From a virus (taxonomy: Duplodnaviria; Caudoviricetes): a DNA stretch of 40,766 nt. Below, one piece after another: positions 28,475-37,461 of the stretch. The stretch covers positions 1-40,766 of IMG/VR virus record IMGVR_UViG_3300032272_000034; one strand, written 5' to 3'. Under the pieces are notes generated by a model, which saw nothing but the letters and a program-made list of their open reading frames with translations, made no database searches and was not told where the DNA came from. The position numbers and the translations under genes were made by a program. Numbering within the stretch: position 1 is the first letter of the stretch; each line of letters opens with the position of its first letter.

Positions 28475-29176
28475 ATGAAGTATATGGGAAGTAAAAACAG
28501 AATAGCAAAACATATTTTACCAATAATGTTAGAGTATAAAACAGATGATATGGTTTGGGTTGAGCCTTTTGTCGGTGGTGCAAATATGATTGATAAGGTA
28601 AAAGGAAAAAGAATTGGAGCAGACCTTAACGAGTATTTAATTGAAGCATTAAAACTTATTAGGGATGAACCAAATAAAATACCTGACTTAATTACAGAAG
28701 ATGATTACCAAAAAGTTAAAAATGAAAAACAATTAAATGGATTAACTGGATTTATAGGTTTTGCAATGAGTTTTGGTGGTAAATGGTTTGGCGGCTATAG
28801 AAGAGATGTTGCAGGAACTAAAGGTTGTATTGACAATATGAAAACCCAAACAAGAAGAAGTAAACAAAATGCAATAAAACAAAGTGTAAATTTACAAGGT
28901 GTTGATTTTGTAAACTGTAGTTATGAAGATTTAGAAATACCTGAAAATAGCATTGTTTATTGCGACCCACCATACAAAGGAACAACAGGTTACAAAGATG
29001 GATTTAACCACGATGATTTTTGGGCTTGGGTTATAAAAATTAATAATATAGCCCATAAAGTATTTATAAGCGAATATAATGCGCCTAAAGAGTTTAAATG
29101 TGTTTGGAGTAAAGAAGTGAATACTACAATAAACACAAGTAAGAAAGATGTCGAAAAACTTTTCACACTCGAGTAA
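28475..29176 (+). CDS. Dam-like (D12 class) adenine methyltransferase
   Basis: YMGSK, VEPFVGG, YCDPPY; start revised to ATG 28475. Confidence 0.92.
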   Translation: MKYMGSKNRIAKHILPIMLEYKTDDMVWVEPFVGGANMIDKVKGKRIGADLNEYLIEALKLIRDEPNKIPDLITEDDYQKVKNEKQLNGLTGFIGFAMSFGGKWFGGYRRDVAGTKGCIDNMKTQTRRSKQNAIKQSVNLQGVDFVNCSYEDLEIPENSIVYCDPPYKGTTGYKDGFNHDDFWAWVIKINNIAHKVFISEYNAPKEFKCVWSKEVNTTINTSKKDVEKLFTLE

Positions 29177-29211
29177 GAACGTATGAGTGGCGGGCTTTTT
29201 ACAATAATTGC

Positions 29212-29229
29212 TCACAACTAGATATAACA
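29212..29229 (-). other. Putative attI-like entry site of array B
   Basis: Exact reverse complement of 11918-11935. Confidence 0.55.
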
Positions 29230-29347
29230 GGAAAAAATGTATTACAATTCTCATGAAGCTAACTAAAATAAAGACTATAACTACTTGATTCCTAAAGAAA
29301 ATAAAACAGTAAACGTTTCTAATGATTTGAGCAACTTACTTAAAGAT

Positions 29348-29884
29348 TTAGAAGCGTATAGCTAAACCAACACTATAAAATGTACTATTGTTTATGAAAC
29401 TATAACCTATTCCAGCGTTTAATATAAATTTATCTTTATTTTGGTAGTATAACTTAATACTTTGAGACTCTATCCCTTTACTAAAATTTGTATTCGTACC
29501 GATCCATAAATTAGATTTAACAATGTAGTTGGTTGTAGTTTTTTCGGTTTCTTTATCAAAAGTAGTTAGCTTTATATCTCTTTTGTATATCTTATCCGCT
29601 AAAATAACGCTATTTAACACACCGTTCTTTAAAGTATCTACATAAGTATATTTATTTACTTTTATGTCCTTAAAAACCACCTTTTCAATAGTGTCGTTTA
29701 ACCTTACGGTATCAGTAACTTTATAAAAAACCTTTTCTATTTTAGTTGGTTTAGTATTGTCAATTACTTTTGTTATAGTGTTGTATTTTATTTTGGTTTC
29801 TGTTTTGGTTTTCACTATCTCAGGTTTATTAAAATAAAGTAATATTAGTATAACTATTATTACGTATGGGATATATTTTTTCAT
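29348..29884 (-). CDS. Membrane-anchored lysis accessory (spanin-like) protein
   Basis: N-terminal TM, C-terminal beta strands ending in F, after endolysin. Confidence 0.55.
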   Translation of the reverse strand: MKKYIPYVIIVILILLYFNKPEIVKTKTETKIKYNTITKVIDNTKPTKIEKVFYKVTDTVRLNDTIEKVVFKDIKVNKYTYVDTLKNGVLNSVILADKIYKRDIKLTTFDKETEKTTTNYIVKSNLWIGTNTNFSKGIESQSIKLYYQNKDKFILNAGIGYSFINNSTFYSVGLAIRF

Positions 29885-29901
29885 GATTATCTACAATAAT
29901 G

Positions 29902-29932
29902 TTTGTGTAATTGAAATAAAGTGTTATCTTTG
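29902..29932 (+). promoter_or_regulatory. Bacteroidota primary-sigma promoter, antisense to the lysis operon
   Basis: TTTG-N19-TATCTTTG. Confidence 0.7.
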
Positions 29933-29936
29933 GTGT

Positions 29937-30011
29937 CCGATGATAGGTGTCTTTAATTAACTCGATAACCCGAAATTCTATCAAACCACTCTTTAATTAG
30001 GGTGGTTTTTT
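29937..30011 (+). ncRNA. Candidate ~75-nt small RNA
   Basis: Between consensus promoter and hairpin AAACCACTCT/AGGGTGGTTT + T tract; no ORF. Confidence 0.5.
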
Positions 30012-30336
30012 AATACGTCCAAATTACGTTTTGTGACTTACTACCATCTAAGTCTACGTGGATAAATGTATCAGCTATACCAATACGATTAAATCCAACG
30101 CTGATTAAAGCTTGTAATACTAAAAAACGTGTTCTACTATCAATTGCTTTTATATCTACTGCTAAACCTATTAAATGACTTGAGTTAGGTTTGCCGCCAA
30201 TCTTTTTATTATGTTCTTTAGTTCTGTAAGCTGAATTAATTATAAAAGGTATTTCTGCAATCTCCCTAGCTTCGTCTAATTTAGCTAAAAAATTAACATT
30301 CATATTGTCTTCAATCTCTTTAAAGTACTTACTCAT
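30010..30336 (-). CDS. Endolysin, peptidase M15 family
   Basis: NSAYR..HN, SSHLIGLAVDI, FIHVD. Confidence 0.9.
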   Translation of the reverse strand: MSKYFKEIEDNMNVNFLAKLDEAREIAEIPFIINSAYRTKEHNKKIGGKPNSSHLIGLAVDIKAIDSRTRFLVLQALISVGFNRIGIADTFIHVDLDGSKSQNVIWTY

Positions 30337-30643
30337 CTTTATACCCTATTTCTCTTTTATGTAAATCTAAATCAAACTTGTTATACTTTTCTTTTAATTC
30401 AAGCTCTTTAGTCTGTATTTCTAATTGTTTTTCCCTTTGCTTGTATTTTTGCATCTTTAACTTGTGAGGTATCGCTAATATGTAAAACACTAAACCTAGA
30501 ACTATAAATATAGTTTTTATGGTGCTATCAATATCGGATAAAAAACCAATATCAAATACAGCTATAAAATCTATAATAGTTAAGCCTAGTATTCCAGCAA
30601 ACAACCTATCAAGCATTGATAAAACTAACCTTATACTAGACAT
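30329..30643 (-). CDS. Holin-like membrane protein
   Basis: Two TMs plus charged tail, beside endolysin. Confidence 0.6.
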   Translation of the reverse strand: MSSIRLVLSMLDRLFAGILGLTIIDFIAVFDIGFLSDIDSTIKTIFIVLGLVFYILAIPHKLKMQKYKQREKQLEIQTKELELKEKYNKFDLDLHKREIGYKDE

Positions 30644-31025
30644 ATTTTTTTAAAAATCTTATTACATAATAAATAATTATAGCTAAAAATATTTTAACTA
30701 TTCCAAATCTTAATCTTGACAGTAATATTAAATGCAACATATCTAAACTTGTTACTATTAATATAAACTGTGATACTTCTTTTTTAACACCTTTAGGGAA
30801 GTGTAAGCAATAAGCTAGTATTAGAAAATTAATAGCTGTTGTAGTGTACATTACAGCGTAATCTATTCGCCTAGTGTAATCTATTAACAAATACCAATCA
30901 ACACGGTATTTAGAACCTCTAAATATGGTGTGTAACTGGCTTAACACAAACGTAGAAAGCAGAAAGTAATTCTTTATATTAAGCGTCTGCTTCTTCATCG
31001 TCATCGTCTGGATCTTCACCACCAA
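30636..31025 (-). CDS. Multi-TM membrane protein (start probably downstream, near MKKQ)
   Basis: Several hydrophobic segments. Confidence 0.55.
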   Translation of the reverse strand: MVVKIQTMTMKKQTLNIKNYFLLSTFVLSQLHTIFRGSKYRVDWYLLIDYTRRIDYAVMYTTTAINFLILAYCLHFPKGVKKEVSQFILIVTSLDMLHLILLSRLRFGIVKIFLAIIIYYVIRFLKKYV

Positions 31026-31236
31026 CTCCAGGCGATAATTTATCTGTTTTTTTACCTACAATCCCCTTTAATAAATCAACTAAAGAAGAGTTTTTAAATA
31101 GAAATAGAATAGAACCTATAACCAGCAAGCCAACAATGTATTTAATCTCTTTATCTAAAAAGAAAGAATATACACTTAATCCGTAAAACACTAATCCTAA
31201 TAAATTTGTTACTATATTTTTACTTTTATCACTCAT
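30979..31236 (-). CDS. Small two-TM protein with acidic tail
   Basis: Hydropathy; lysis region. Confidence 0.6.
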   Translation of the reverse strand: MSDKSKNIVTNLLGLVFYGLSVYSFFLDKEIKYIVGLLVIGSILFLFKNSSLVDLLKGIVGKKTDKLSPGVGGEDPDDDDEEADA

Positions 31237-31257
31237 TTTATTATTTATTTAATTTTA

Positions 31258-33744
31258 TTATCCCATGAAAGTAATAGTAAAAGTTCTTGAACTCCCTATT
31301 CTGTTTTTAATATTTAATTGTTGTGAGGCATCCATCCATAAATTAAGTTTTCCGTCAGTATCATAATTTACACCTGTTACAGATGGTTCAAGTATGTTTC
31401 CAGCGTCCGCAGCTATAGTAATTATATCACTTGCGCCAATAAGTAAAACACCACTCGCAACATAGCTAAAATCAGAAGAAACAACTATAATACAGTTATT
31501 ACCGAACCCCCTGTTCTCAAAAGTATGTACCCCGTCATCTGGCAGGTTTACACTCTGAACACTTACAGAGCCGCCTCTATTATTGTTTTTATCCGATAAA
31601 GCTCCCGTGAGCATAGGTGTGTAATTATTACTACTTCCGTTTCTTAAGTCCTCAATAAAACCTCTATTATTAGACCCGTTAAGCTTACCCCCAAAAGACC
31701 TCGCTAAACCAGAAGTGTCCGAGTAGAATAAAATGTTATTTACAGGGTTGGTTATAGCATATAAATGCCTTATATTGTTTGCTGTTATTTCTACATTTGC
31801 GTTGGAATCGCTTGAAGTTATCGCTGCGTAAAGCAGCTTATCAACAACTATATTATCCATCATTATCATTGACCTACCAGTTGAGAAATTTAATGTAATT
31901 ATAGATTCAACAATACCTCTATTTACAGCGATATTGGATAAACTAACTAAAGGTCTATCTTGTGTAACGGTAGAACCTGAGCCAGTAATATTCAGTATCT
32001 TTACATAACTGCCTACACCTGTCTTAATTCCATTTATAACATTTAAGTTACTAATCATGAGTGAAGTATTTTCCTCTCCATAATACGCTCCTCTATAAGC
32101 ACCTATCAAGGTTACTATGTTATTCAATGGTGATGTAGTAACCCCTTCAACTGAGTAATCGTTATAGAAAAAGTTAATATTATTAACCATACCTACTCCC
32201 CACTGCAAATCTATCTCAGACGAACCACCGTATTTAGTATATCCCGAATCCCTTATTATAGTTTCATTGTATATGCTTGATATACCTTTTATCTTCATAG
32301 AGCGCCCCCTGCAATTTTTATACGTGTTTTCATAAGATTTTAATGTAGACTCAGCGTACCTGTTAACAGAAGAGTCTGTGTTCGGGTAATTGGTTGGGTC
32401 ATTTGTAAAAAAAATAAAACCATCATAATCAACATTATCTAATGAGTCAAAAGCGTCTCCGCCAGATATATTGTCATAAGTATTTTTTTTATGCACGCAA
32501 CTCTTTGTATATGTATTGTTCCCTATAGGAGTAACTGCAATACCAGAAGTTCCTTGTGCTCCAGAAACCCCAGTACCAGCAAGTCTCGTAATGTTTTGAA
32601 CTAAATTACCCTCAATTGTTGTAACCTCAAACAAACCACGCACAAAAGCGCCTTGATTCCATGAGTTAGCTACCAACATTTTAAAATCTAAGAATTTGTT
32701 ATCTAGTAATGTACAATTAGGTATAATACCGTTTTGAGAACTTGAATTCTCGATTTTAATACCTCCTGAAGCTAATTCCCCACCTCTAAAAACCACCCCT
32801 TCTACAGTTATTGAATAACCGTTGCAATTAAAGTAAACTAAATTTTCACTCAATACTGCGCCGCTATACACTAAACTCCCTCCGTTAGATTTAAAGACAG
32901 TATCTTGTGTTAGAGTTATTATAATTTGAGAGGTTACTTTATAGGTAAAATTTAATAAATCAATAGTGTCTGAAAGAGAAAAGCATTTTTTTACAGCTAA
33001 TGTATCATCAGCAACTCCATCACCTACTGCTCCAAACCATTGGGGGTAAGACTCTGTCACAGACCATGTACCACCTAAAATAATATCTGTACCTAATATT
33101 TTAACTAAACCAGATTCTATTTTAGTATTATCACCTGTCAATGTCCCGTTCAAAAACCCACCACCACTAAACTTTAAAGTGACATTAGAAGGTATAGATA
33201 TATTACCCCCTCCTAAATCAAAAGAATGTATAATCTCTAAAGTACAGTCAGCGTATCCAGCTGGTATTGATGCCCAATCAAACCCATTTCTAATCCTGTA
33301 GTATCCTGACTCATTAGATGGTGATTTAGCTCTATCGCTTATTAGTAAGCTATTACCATAGGTCTTTATATCCTCTGAATCTATTATTTGAGAAACAATA
33401 GAGTCATTTTGAATCCAAGCCCCAGAAGATACAGACCAATTCCCGTTTAATAAAGGGTTAGGGTCATTTGCTATTTTTGAAGGTGTGTTGTTGTCGGGTA
33501 TAGGCAAGTCCGCATCTTGTTCTGCTTTTGTTTGATAGGTTTTACCACCTCCAAAGACAGCTGTGTCTAACTCATCTTTCAAGTCCTTAGTACTTCCGAC
33601 ATATCCTCCTTTATCTGTTTTTAAATCATCATTTTGATTTACAACCAATACAATTTCATTAATATCATTAGCAACTATTTTGTTTTCAATAGGTACGTTT
33701 TTTATATTTGCATCGATTTTTGGTACTACACCTGTTACTTTCAT
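31258..33744 (-). CDS. Tailspike/depolymerase with beta-helix (pectate lyase 3-like)
   Basis: PQWFGAVGDGVADDT motif, N/G/I-rich repeats, 828 aa. Confidence 0.8.
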   Translation of the reverse strand: MKVTGVVPKIDANIKNVPIENKIVANDINEIVLVVNQNDDLKTDKGGYVGSTKDLKDELDTAVFGGGKTYQTKAEQDADLPIPDNNTPSKIANDPNPLLNGNWSVSSGAWIQNDSIVSQIIDSEDIKTYGNSLLISDRAKSPSNESGYYRIRNGFDWASIPAGYADCTLEIIHSFDLGGGNISIPSNVTLKFSGGGFLNGTLTGDNTKIESGLVKILGTDIILGGTWSVTESYPQWFGAVGDGVADDTLAVKKCFSLSDTIDLLNFTYKVTSQIIITLTQDTVFKSNGGSLVYSGAVLSENLVYFNCNGYSITVEGVVFRGGELASGGIKIENSSSQNGIIPNCTLLDNKFLDFKMLVANSWNQGAFVRGLFEVTTIEGNLVQNITRLAGTGVSGAQGTSGIAVTPIGNNTYTKSCVHKKNTYDNISGGDAFDSLDNVDYDGFIFFTNDPTNYPNTDSSVNRYAESTLKSYENTYKNCRGRSMKIKGISSIYNETIIRDSGYTKYGGSSEIDLQWGVGMVNNINFFYNDYSVEGVTTSPLNNIVTLIGAYRGAYYGEENTSLMISNLNVINGIKTGVGSYVKILNITGSGSTVTQDRPLVSLSNIAVNRGIVESIITLNFSTGRSMIMMDNIVVDKLLYAAITSSDSNANVEITANNIRHLYAITNPVNNILFYSDTSGLARSFGGKLNGSNNRGFIEDLRNGSSNNYTPMLTGALSDKNNNRGGSVSVQSVNLPDDGVHTFENRGFGNNCIIVVSSDFSYVASGVLLIGASDIITIAADAGNILEPSVTGVNYDTDGKLNLWMDASQQLNIKNRIGSSRTFTITFMG

Positions 33745-33747
33745 ATC

Positions 33748-34260
33748 TTATAGTTCGTATTGTAATAATTCCTGTATCATATCTTTAAACTCAAAGCTAT
33801 CTAAATTAGATAAAAATGGCGCTGTATTTAATTCTTTCGTGGAATAACTGAAGTCAAAACCATTAAAGTCGGCTCTATTAGACCCAGTATCTTTATTGTA
33901 TTTAATAACTAAGCCAGTATTTAAACCTAATAGTCTTAATTGATTATTATTATCCTTAACTATGATTCTAAAATCCATTTGAGCCAAGCTTTTAAAATCG
34001 TCTTCTGAAAACATCTTAGAAACTTTAAAACCTCCTGATATAGAGAATGAGACACCACCATCTTCTTCTTCAACATCTTCTTTAAAAGATGATATACTGA
34101 TAGGTTTCATATCATATATATATGTGAAAGGAAACTCGGTTAGTACATTATCAACCACGGTAATCTGACTCCTAGTGTATTTAACAAAAGGCATTATATA
34201 CAGTAACGATAAACCACCATTACTATCTTTACATTGTTTAGCTCTGTTGTAATCAATCAT
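33748..34260 (-). CDS. Tail-tube-like paralog
   Basis: Shares CK..NGG and ADFNG(F/Y) with 36875-37402. Confidence 0.6.
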   Translation of the reverse strand: MIDYNRAKQCKDSNGGLSLLYIMPFVKYTRSQITVVDNVLTEFPFTYIYDMKPISISSFKEDVEEEDGGVSFSISGGFKVSKMFSEDDFKSLAQMDFRIIVKDNNNQLRLLGLNTGLVIKYNKDTGSNRADFNGFDFSYSTKELNTAPFLSNLDSFEFKDMIQELLQYEL

Positions 34261-34759
34261 TAAAGTACCATCCTGAGTTTAAATTCTGTTTGCTGCTAGC
34301 ATCCACTTCGTCTTGTATATTCTTGTATTCTGGTATATTAACCTTATTTAATTCAATCCATTTAATAAACCTATCTACATACATCATTGCTTGTGAGTGA
34401 TGCCATTCGCTTAATGTTGTTTTTTCTTCTCTCTCTACTTGAACAGCTTTATCTGGATTATTCTTAAATAAACCCCCGTTATTTAGAACGTATGGAGATA
34501 GTGTTATAAATTCCGCACAGGTTTCATACTTTGTTACAGGCTTTACGAAATCGGTATATATTTTTAAATAGTCACCTGTTAAAGTATCAGCTATTTTATC
34601 CGCTATAATTTTATCGTACAACTCAGTACCTAGCATTTCCTGTATAACCTTATCTTGAACGCCTAACATAATAGGTTCGTATTTATCAGGGTCAACATTA
34701 CCACCTACTAAAGTGCCTTGTGTTAGTTCTAACGGTGCTATAAATAGTAATTCTGCCAT
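34253..34759 (-). CDS. Head-tail adaptor-like protein
   Basis: GNVD.DK, LGTELY motifs; downstream of portal. Confidence 0.6.
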   Translation of the reverse strand: MAELLFIAPLELTQGTLVGGNVDPDKYEPIMLGVQDKVIQEMLGTELYDKIIADKIADTLTGDYLKIYTDFVKPVTKYETCAEFITLSPYVLNNGGLFKNNPDKAVQVEREEKTTLSEWHHSQAMMYVDRFIKWIELNKVNIPEYKNIQDEVDASSKQNLNSGWYFND

Positions 34760-34761
34760 GT

Positions 34762-36480
34762 TTATTTATTTAAAAATCCTTGATTAGGCATATTAATTGG
34801 AGCTACAGACACTAATGTATCGTTAGTTTGTATCTTTAACCCTCTTCTTCTTGCCTCACTCGTACTTATAATAGTAGCTAAAGGGCTGTTTACATCAATC
34901 TTTTTACCTTTCTTTAAGTATATTACCCTATTCCATTTATGATAGCAATTACCACCTCCTTTATATAGCCATATTGAATAAGTATCTGCTCCATTTGCAC
35001 CCCAACCAGCATTAACAACCTTATCATCTAATTGCAAGATATCCTCTTTTCTATACCTTTTGTTAGCACTCATCATCTTTTGACAAAACTCACGCTCTGG
35101 AGCTGCATTTCCTACGTATTTGTATCTAACTATAAAATCCTCGCCATCTTGTAAACTCTTAGCGTTTGGTCTTGCGATACCCGTACTAGCTAACTGTAGC
35201 TCTACCTCTTCATTATAATCAACCTCTATTTCATGTATTAAATCAAAGGTTTCTAAATCCTCTTCATCTCCTTTATCAATGAACTCGTCTAAATTAATGT
35301 TTTTTTTTTCGCATCCACAAGACGCTGATAGCTTAACCTCCTTATCTAAATCAGCTTCTTCTTTTTCTTTTTCAGTAGCTTCTTCAGGAGCTTCTGTTAG
35401 TGGTACGAAATAAAAATCATAATCAATATCGAAGAATCCGAATATCTCTTCAAACGCCTCAGTTAAAAAGTTTTGTTTAGGTGAAATAACACGCTTCATT
35501 AACTGAAGTTCTGCGGTGTCCATTTCGTCAGCTGTATTACTAAATCCGCTACTAGATATAACCCCAACAATTGATGGACTTGTACATTTATGACTTGTTA
35601 ATATTTGTTGTCTTGCTTCTGCTCCTAAAAAATCCCATTGCTTATGAGCTGTGTTATTTTCTATATTCTCAACAGTAACCTTATCGTCACCATCAAGGAA
35701 ATTAAATACTGTTCTTCCAGCATTAGAACTACCTGTTGTGTTACCAGAAACTCTATCTATATAGTCATCTTTTCTCTGACTCGTCCAAGAAGCTCCAAAA
35801 GGAACATTTACGATGCTGCCAAATGATAGACCATTCATTATGTGTGAATAATAGTAGTTAGATAACTCCTCTTCTATCCTAGCGTACTGTAAAGCTGGTG
35901 CAAAATCAGGTTGAGAAAAATACTTCTCACCAACAACGTAAGGCTGACCAACATAAATTTCTATCGGTTCATTTGAAGTCCCAAAAGCAGGGTATTCAAC
36001 AGGTGGATATTTCCATTTATTTTTCCAGTCTTTAGAAAACCAATAACTTGTAATATTTCCGTTTTCATCTTCTGGAGAAGGTATCACTAAATGTTTAGAT
36101 ATATGCTCTAATTTAGCTAACTTACCTCTATCCCCTTTCTGTCTATGAACTTGAAAAGAAAAAGCACCTAAAATCTGATAATCACTAATAACCTTCTGTT
36201 GATCTCTCTTAGAGAATAATTTCAAAAAGTCTTTCCACTCTTTAGAATCTTGTTCAATATCCTGAGCAGCTAATCCTTTTCCGTATATTAAGTTCGCGTA
36301 AGAATCACAAACAGAAGCGTGAGTTGTGCTTCCTGTGTATCTCTCTATTAAATAATCGTAATACTCATTATTTCTACCATTAGTTACCCATCTTTGACCA
36401 GTAACCTCTTTTATCTTCGGTTTATCATATTTATTAAAACCAATGATTCTAACGTCATTGTTTGAGTTTTCTTTCGACAT
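34762..36480 (-). CDS. Portal protein with extra C-terminal Cys/His domain
   Basis: GSSNAGR, ILTSH, ISPKQ motifs; start revised to MSKE at 36480. Confidence 0.8.
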   Translation of the reverse strand: MSKENSNNDVRIIGFNKYDKPKIKEVTGQRWVTNGRNNEYYDYLIERYTGSTTHASVCDSYANLIYGKGLAAQDIEQDSKEWKDFLKLFSKRDQQKVISDYQILGAFSFQVHRQKGDRGKLAKLEHISKHLVIPSPEDENGNITSYWFSKDWKNKWKYPPVEYPAFGTSNEPIEIYVGQPYVVGEKYFSQPDFAPALQYARIEEELSNYYYSHIMNGLSFGSIVNVPFGASWTSQRKDDYIDRVSGNTTGSSNAGRTVFNFLDGDDKVTVENIENNTAHKQWDFLGAEARQQILTSHKCTSPSIVGVISSSGFSNTADEMDTAELQLMKRVISPKQNFLTEAFEEIFGFFDIDYDFYFVPLTEAPEEATEKEKEEADLDKEVKLSASCGCEKKNINLDEFIDKGDEEDLETFDLIHEIEVDYNEEVELQLASTGIARPNAKSLQDGEDFIVRYKYVGNAAPEREFCQKMMSANKRYRKEDILQLDDKVVNAGWGANGADTYSIWLYKGGGNCYHKWNRVIYLKKGKKIDVNSPLATIISTSEARRRGLKIQTNDTLVSVAPINMPNQGFLNK

Positions 36481-36481
36481 A

Positions 36482-36784
36482 TTAATATATATATAATCCG
36501 TTAGACAATTTGTAATGTTGTGGTACTTGGTCTGTAGCAAAAGCTTTACCTCTATAAACAACCTCAGCGCCTTCTAAAATCTTTACTTGATAACTATCAC
36601 CTTCATTAGTGTCTAAATCAAATAAAACAGTCATTACACCATCTAAAACTAAATAAGAATTAACTATAGTTAATGTTTCTTTGGTAGCTTCGTTATACAA
36701 CTCTAAAACTATACCAGAACTAGGGTAAAACCTAGGCTCTATTATCATAATTTGTGATGTATTTGATGGAATAAGTACCTTCAT
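36482..36784 (-). CDS. Head closure-like small structural protein
   Basis: 100 aa beta-rich, VYRGK motif, context. Confidence 0.5.
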   Translation of the reverse strand: MKVLIPSNTSQIMIIEPRFYPSSGIVLELYNEATKETLTIVNSYLVLDGVMTVLFDLDTNEGDSYQVKILEGAEVVYRGKAFATDQVPQHYKLSNGLYIY

Positions 36785-36790
36785 ACTATT

Positions 36791-36817
36791 ATAACTACAA
36801 ATATTTAATTTTGTTAC
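36791..36817 (-). promoter_or_regulatory. Phage late promoter GTAAC-N17-GTTAT
   Basis: Followed by AATAGT-ATG. Confidence 0.8.
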
Positions 36818-36820
36818 TAC

Positions 36821-36854
36821 AAAAACCCCTTACTAAATAAATAACAAGGGGTTT
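36821..36854 (-). terminator. Intrinsic terminator after tail tube gene
   Basis: AAACCCCTT...AAGGGGTTT with T tract on the minus strand. Confidence 0.6.
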
Positions 36855-36874
36855 ATAACTACTTAAATAAATTA

Positions 36875-37402
36875 TTACGGTGTTGGTACGTATAAAGCGA
36901 TTAAAGCAGCTAATGTAGCTGAATCTAACTTAGGAGGTAAATCCGTAGTTTCTGACACAGTTGTTACATTGTAGCCGTTAAAATCAGCTTTAGCTCCACC
37001 ACTTACCTCTTCTGCCGTAAACGTCTTAAATCCTTCTTCATGACCTAGAGCGGTTGCTACTCCATTTCTACTTACCAAAACAGCCATAGTATTACCCTGT
37101 GCCGCTTTAGTTAATTCGAAACTCGTAGAAGCGTCTGCACTCCATAATTGAGCAACCATTGTAGAAGTACACACTGAAGTACCTGTTACTTGGTCGGTAA
37201 CTAATGGAGTTGATAAAGTATTACCGTCTCCACCTTTAATATCATATTTATAAACAACAGTAACTCCTGCATCAATAGCGGTTGCTACGCCGTCAACAAT
37301 AGTCCACGGATTAGACGATGCATTAAATAAATAAAGTTCAGAGTTACCCCCGTTTGTTGTTTTACAGGGTTTATCCCTGTTTGCGCTTAATAAATCACAC
37401 AT
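36875..37402 (-). CDS. Major tail tube protein (putative)
   Basis: 175 aa A/T/G-rich, follows capsid gene. Confidence 0.65.
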   Translation of the reverse strand: MCDLLSANRDKPCKTTNGGNSELYLFNASSNPWTIVDGVATAIDAGVTVVYKYDIKGGDGNTLSTPLVTDQVTGTSVCTSTMVAQLWSADASTSFELTKAAQGNTMAVLVSRNGVATALGHEEGFKTFTAEEVSGGAKADFNGYNVTTVSETTDLPPKLDSATLAALIALYVPTP

Positions 37403-37425
37403 GTCTATTATATTGTTTTATAATA

Positions 37426-37446
37426 AAGGGGTGAATTAACACCCCT
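37426..37446 (-). terminator. Hairpin after capsid gene
   Basis: AGGGGTG-AATTAA-CACCCCT. Confidence 0.6.
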
Positions 37447-37461
37447 CTAAAGATTATTATT

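Larger units (their letters stand above)
24987..29218 (-). mobile_element. Array B: 8 attC-like cassettes, genes on the plus strand
   Basis: Sites at 24987-25117, 25946-26135, 26291-26490, 26650-26851, 27049-27254, 27425-27488, 27987-28188, 28291-28421; complementary cassette ends such as GTTACCCCTC/GAGGGGTAAC and GTTAGCAAA/TTTGCTAAC. Confidence 0.8.

Noticed and set aside
24987-29218. Arrays as IS/MITE clusters, DGR or shufflon
   Set aside because: No transposase, target duplications, reverse transcriptase or invertase; all genes are co-oriented within each array.
11918-29229. 18-bp inverted repeat as the ends of a 17-kb invertible segment
   Set aside because: Possible geometrically, but no recombinase is present and the position at the first cassette core of each array explains it better; long reads could test it.
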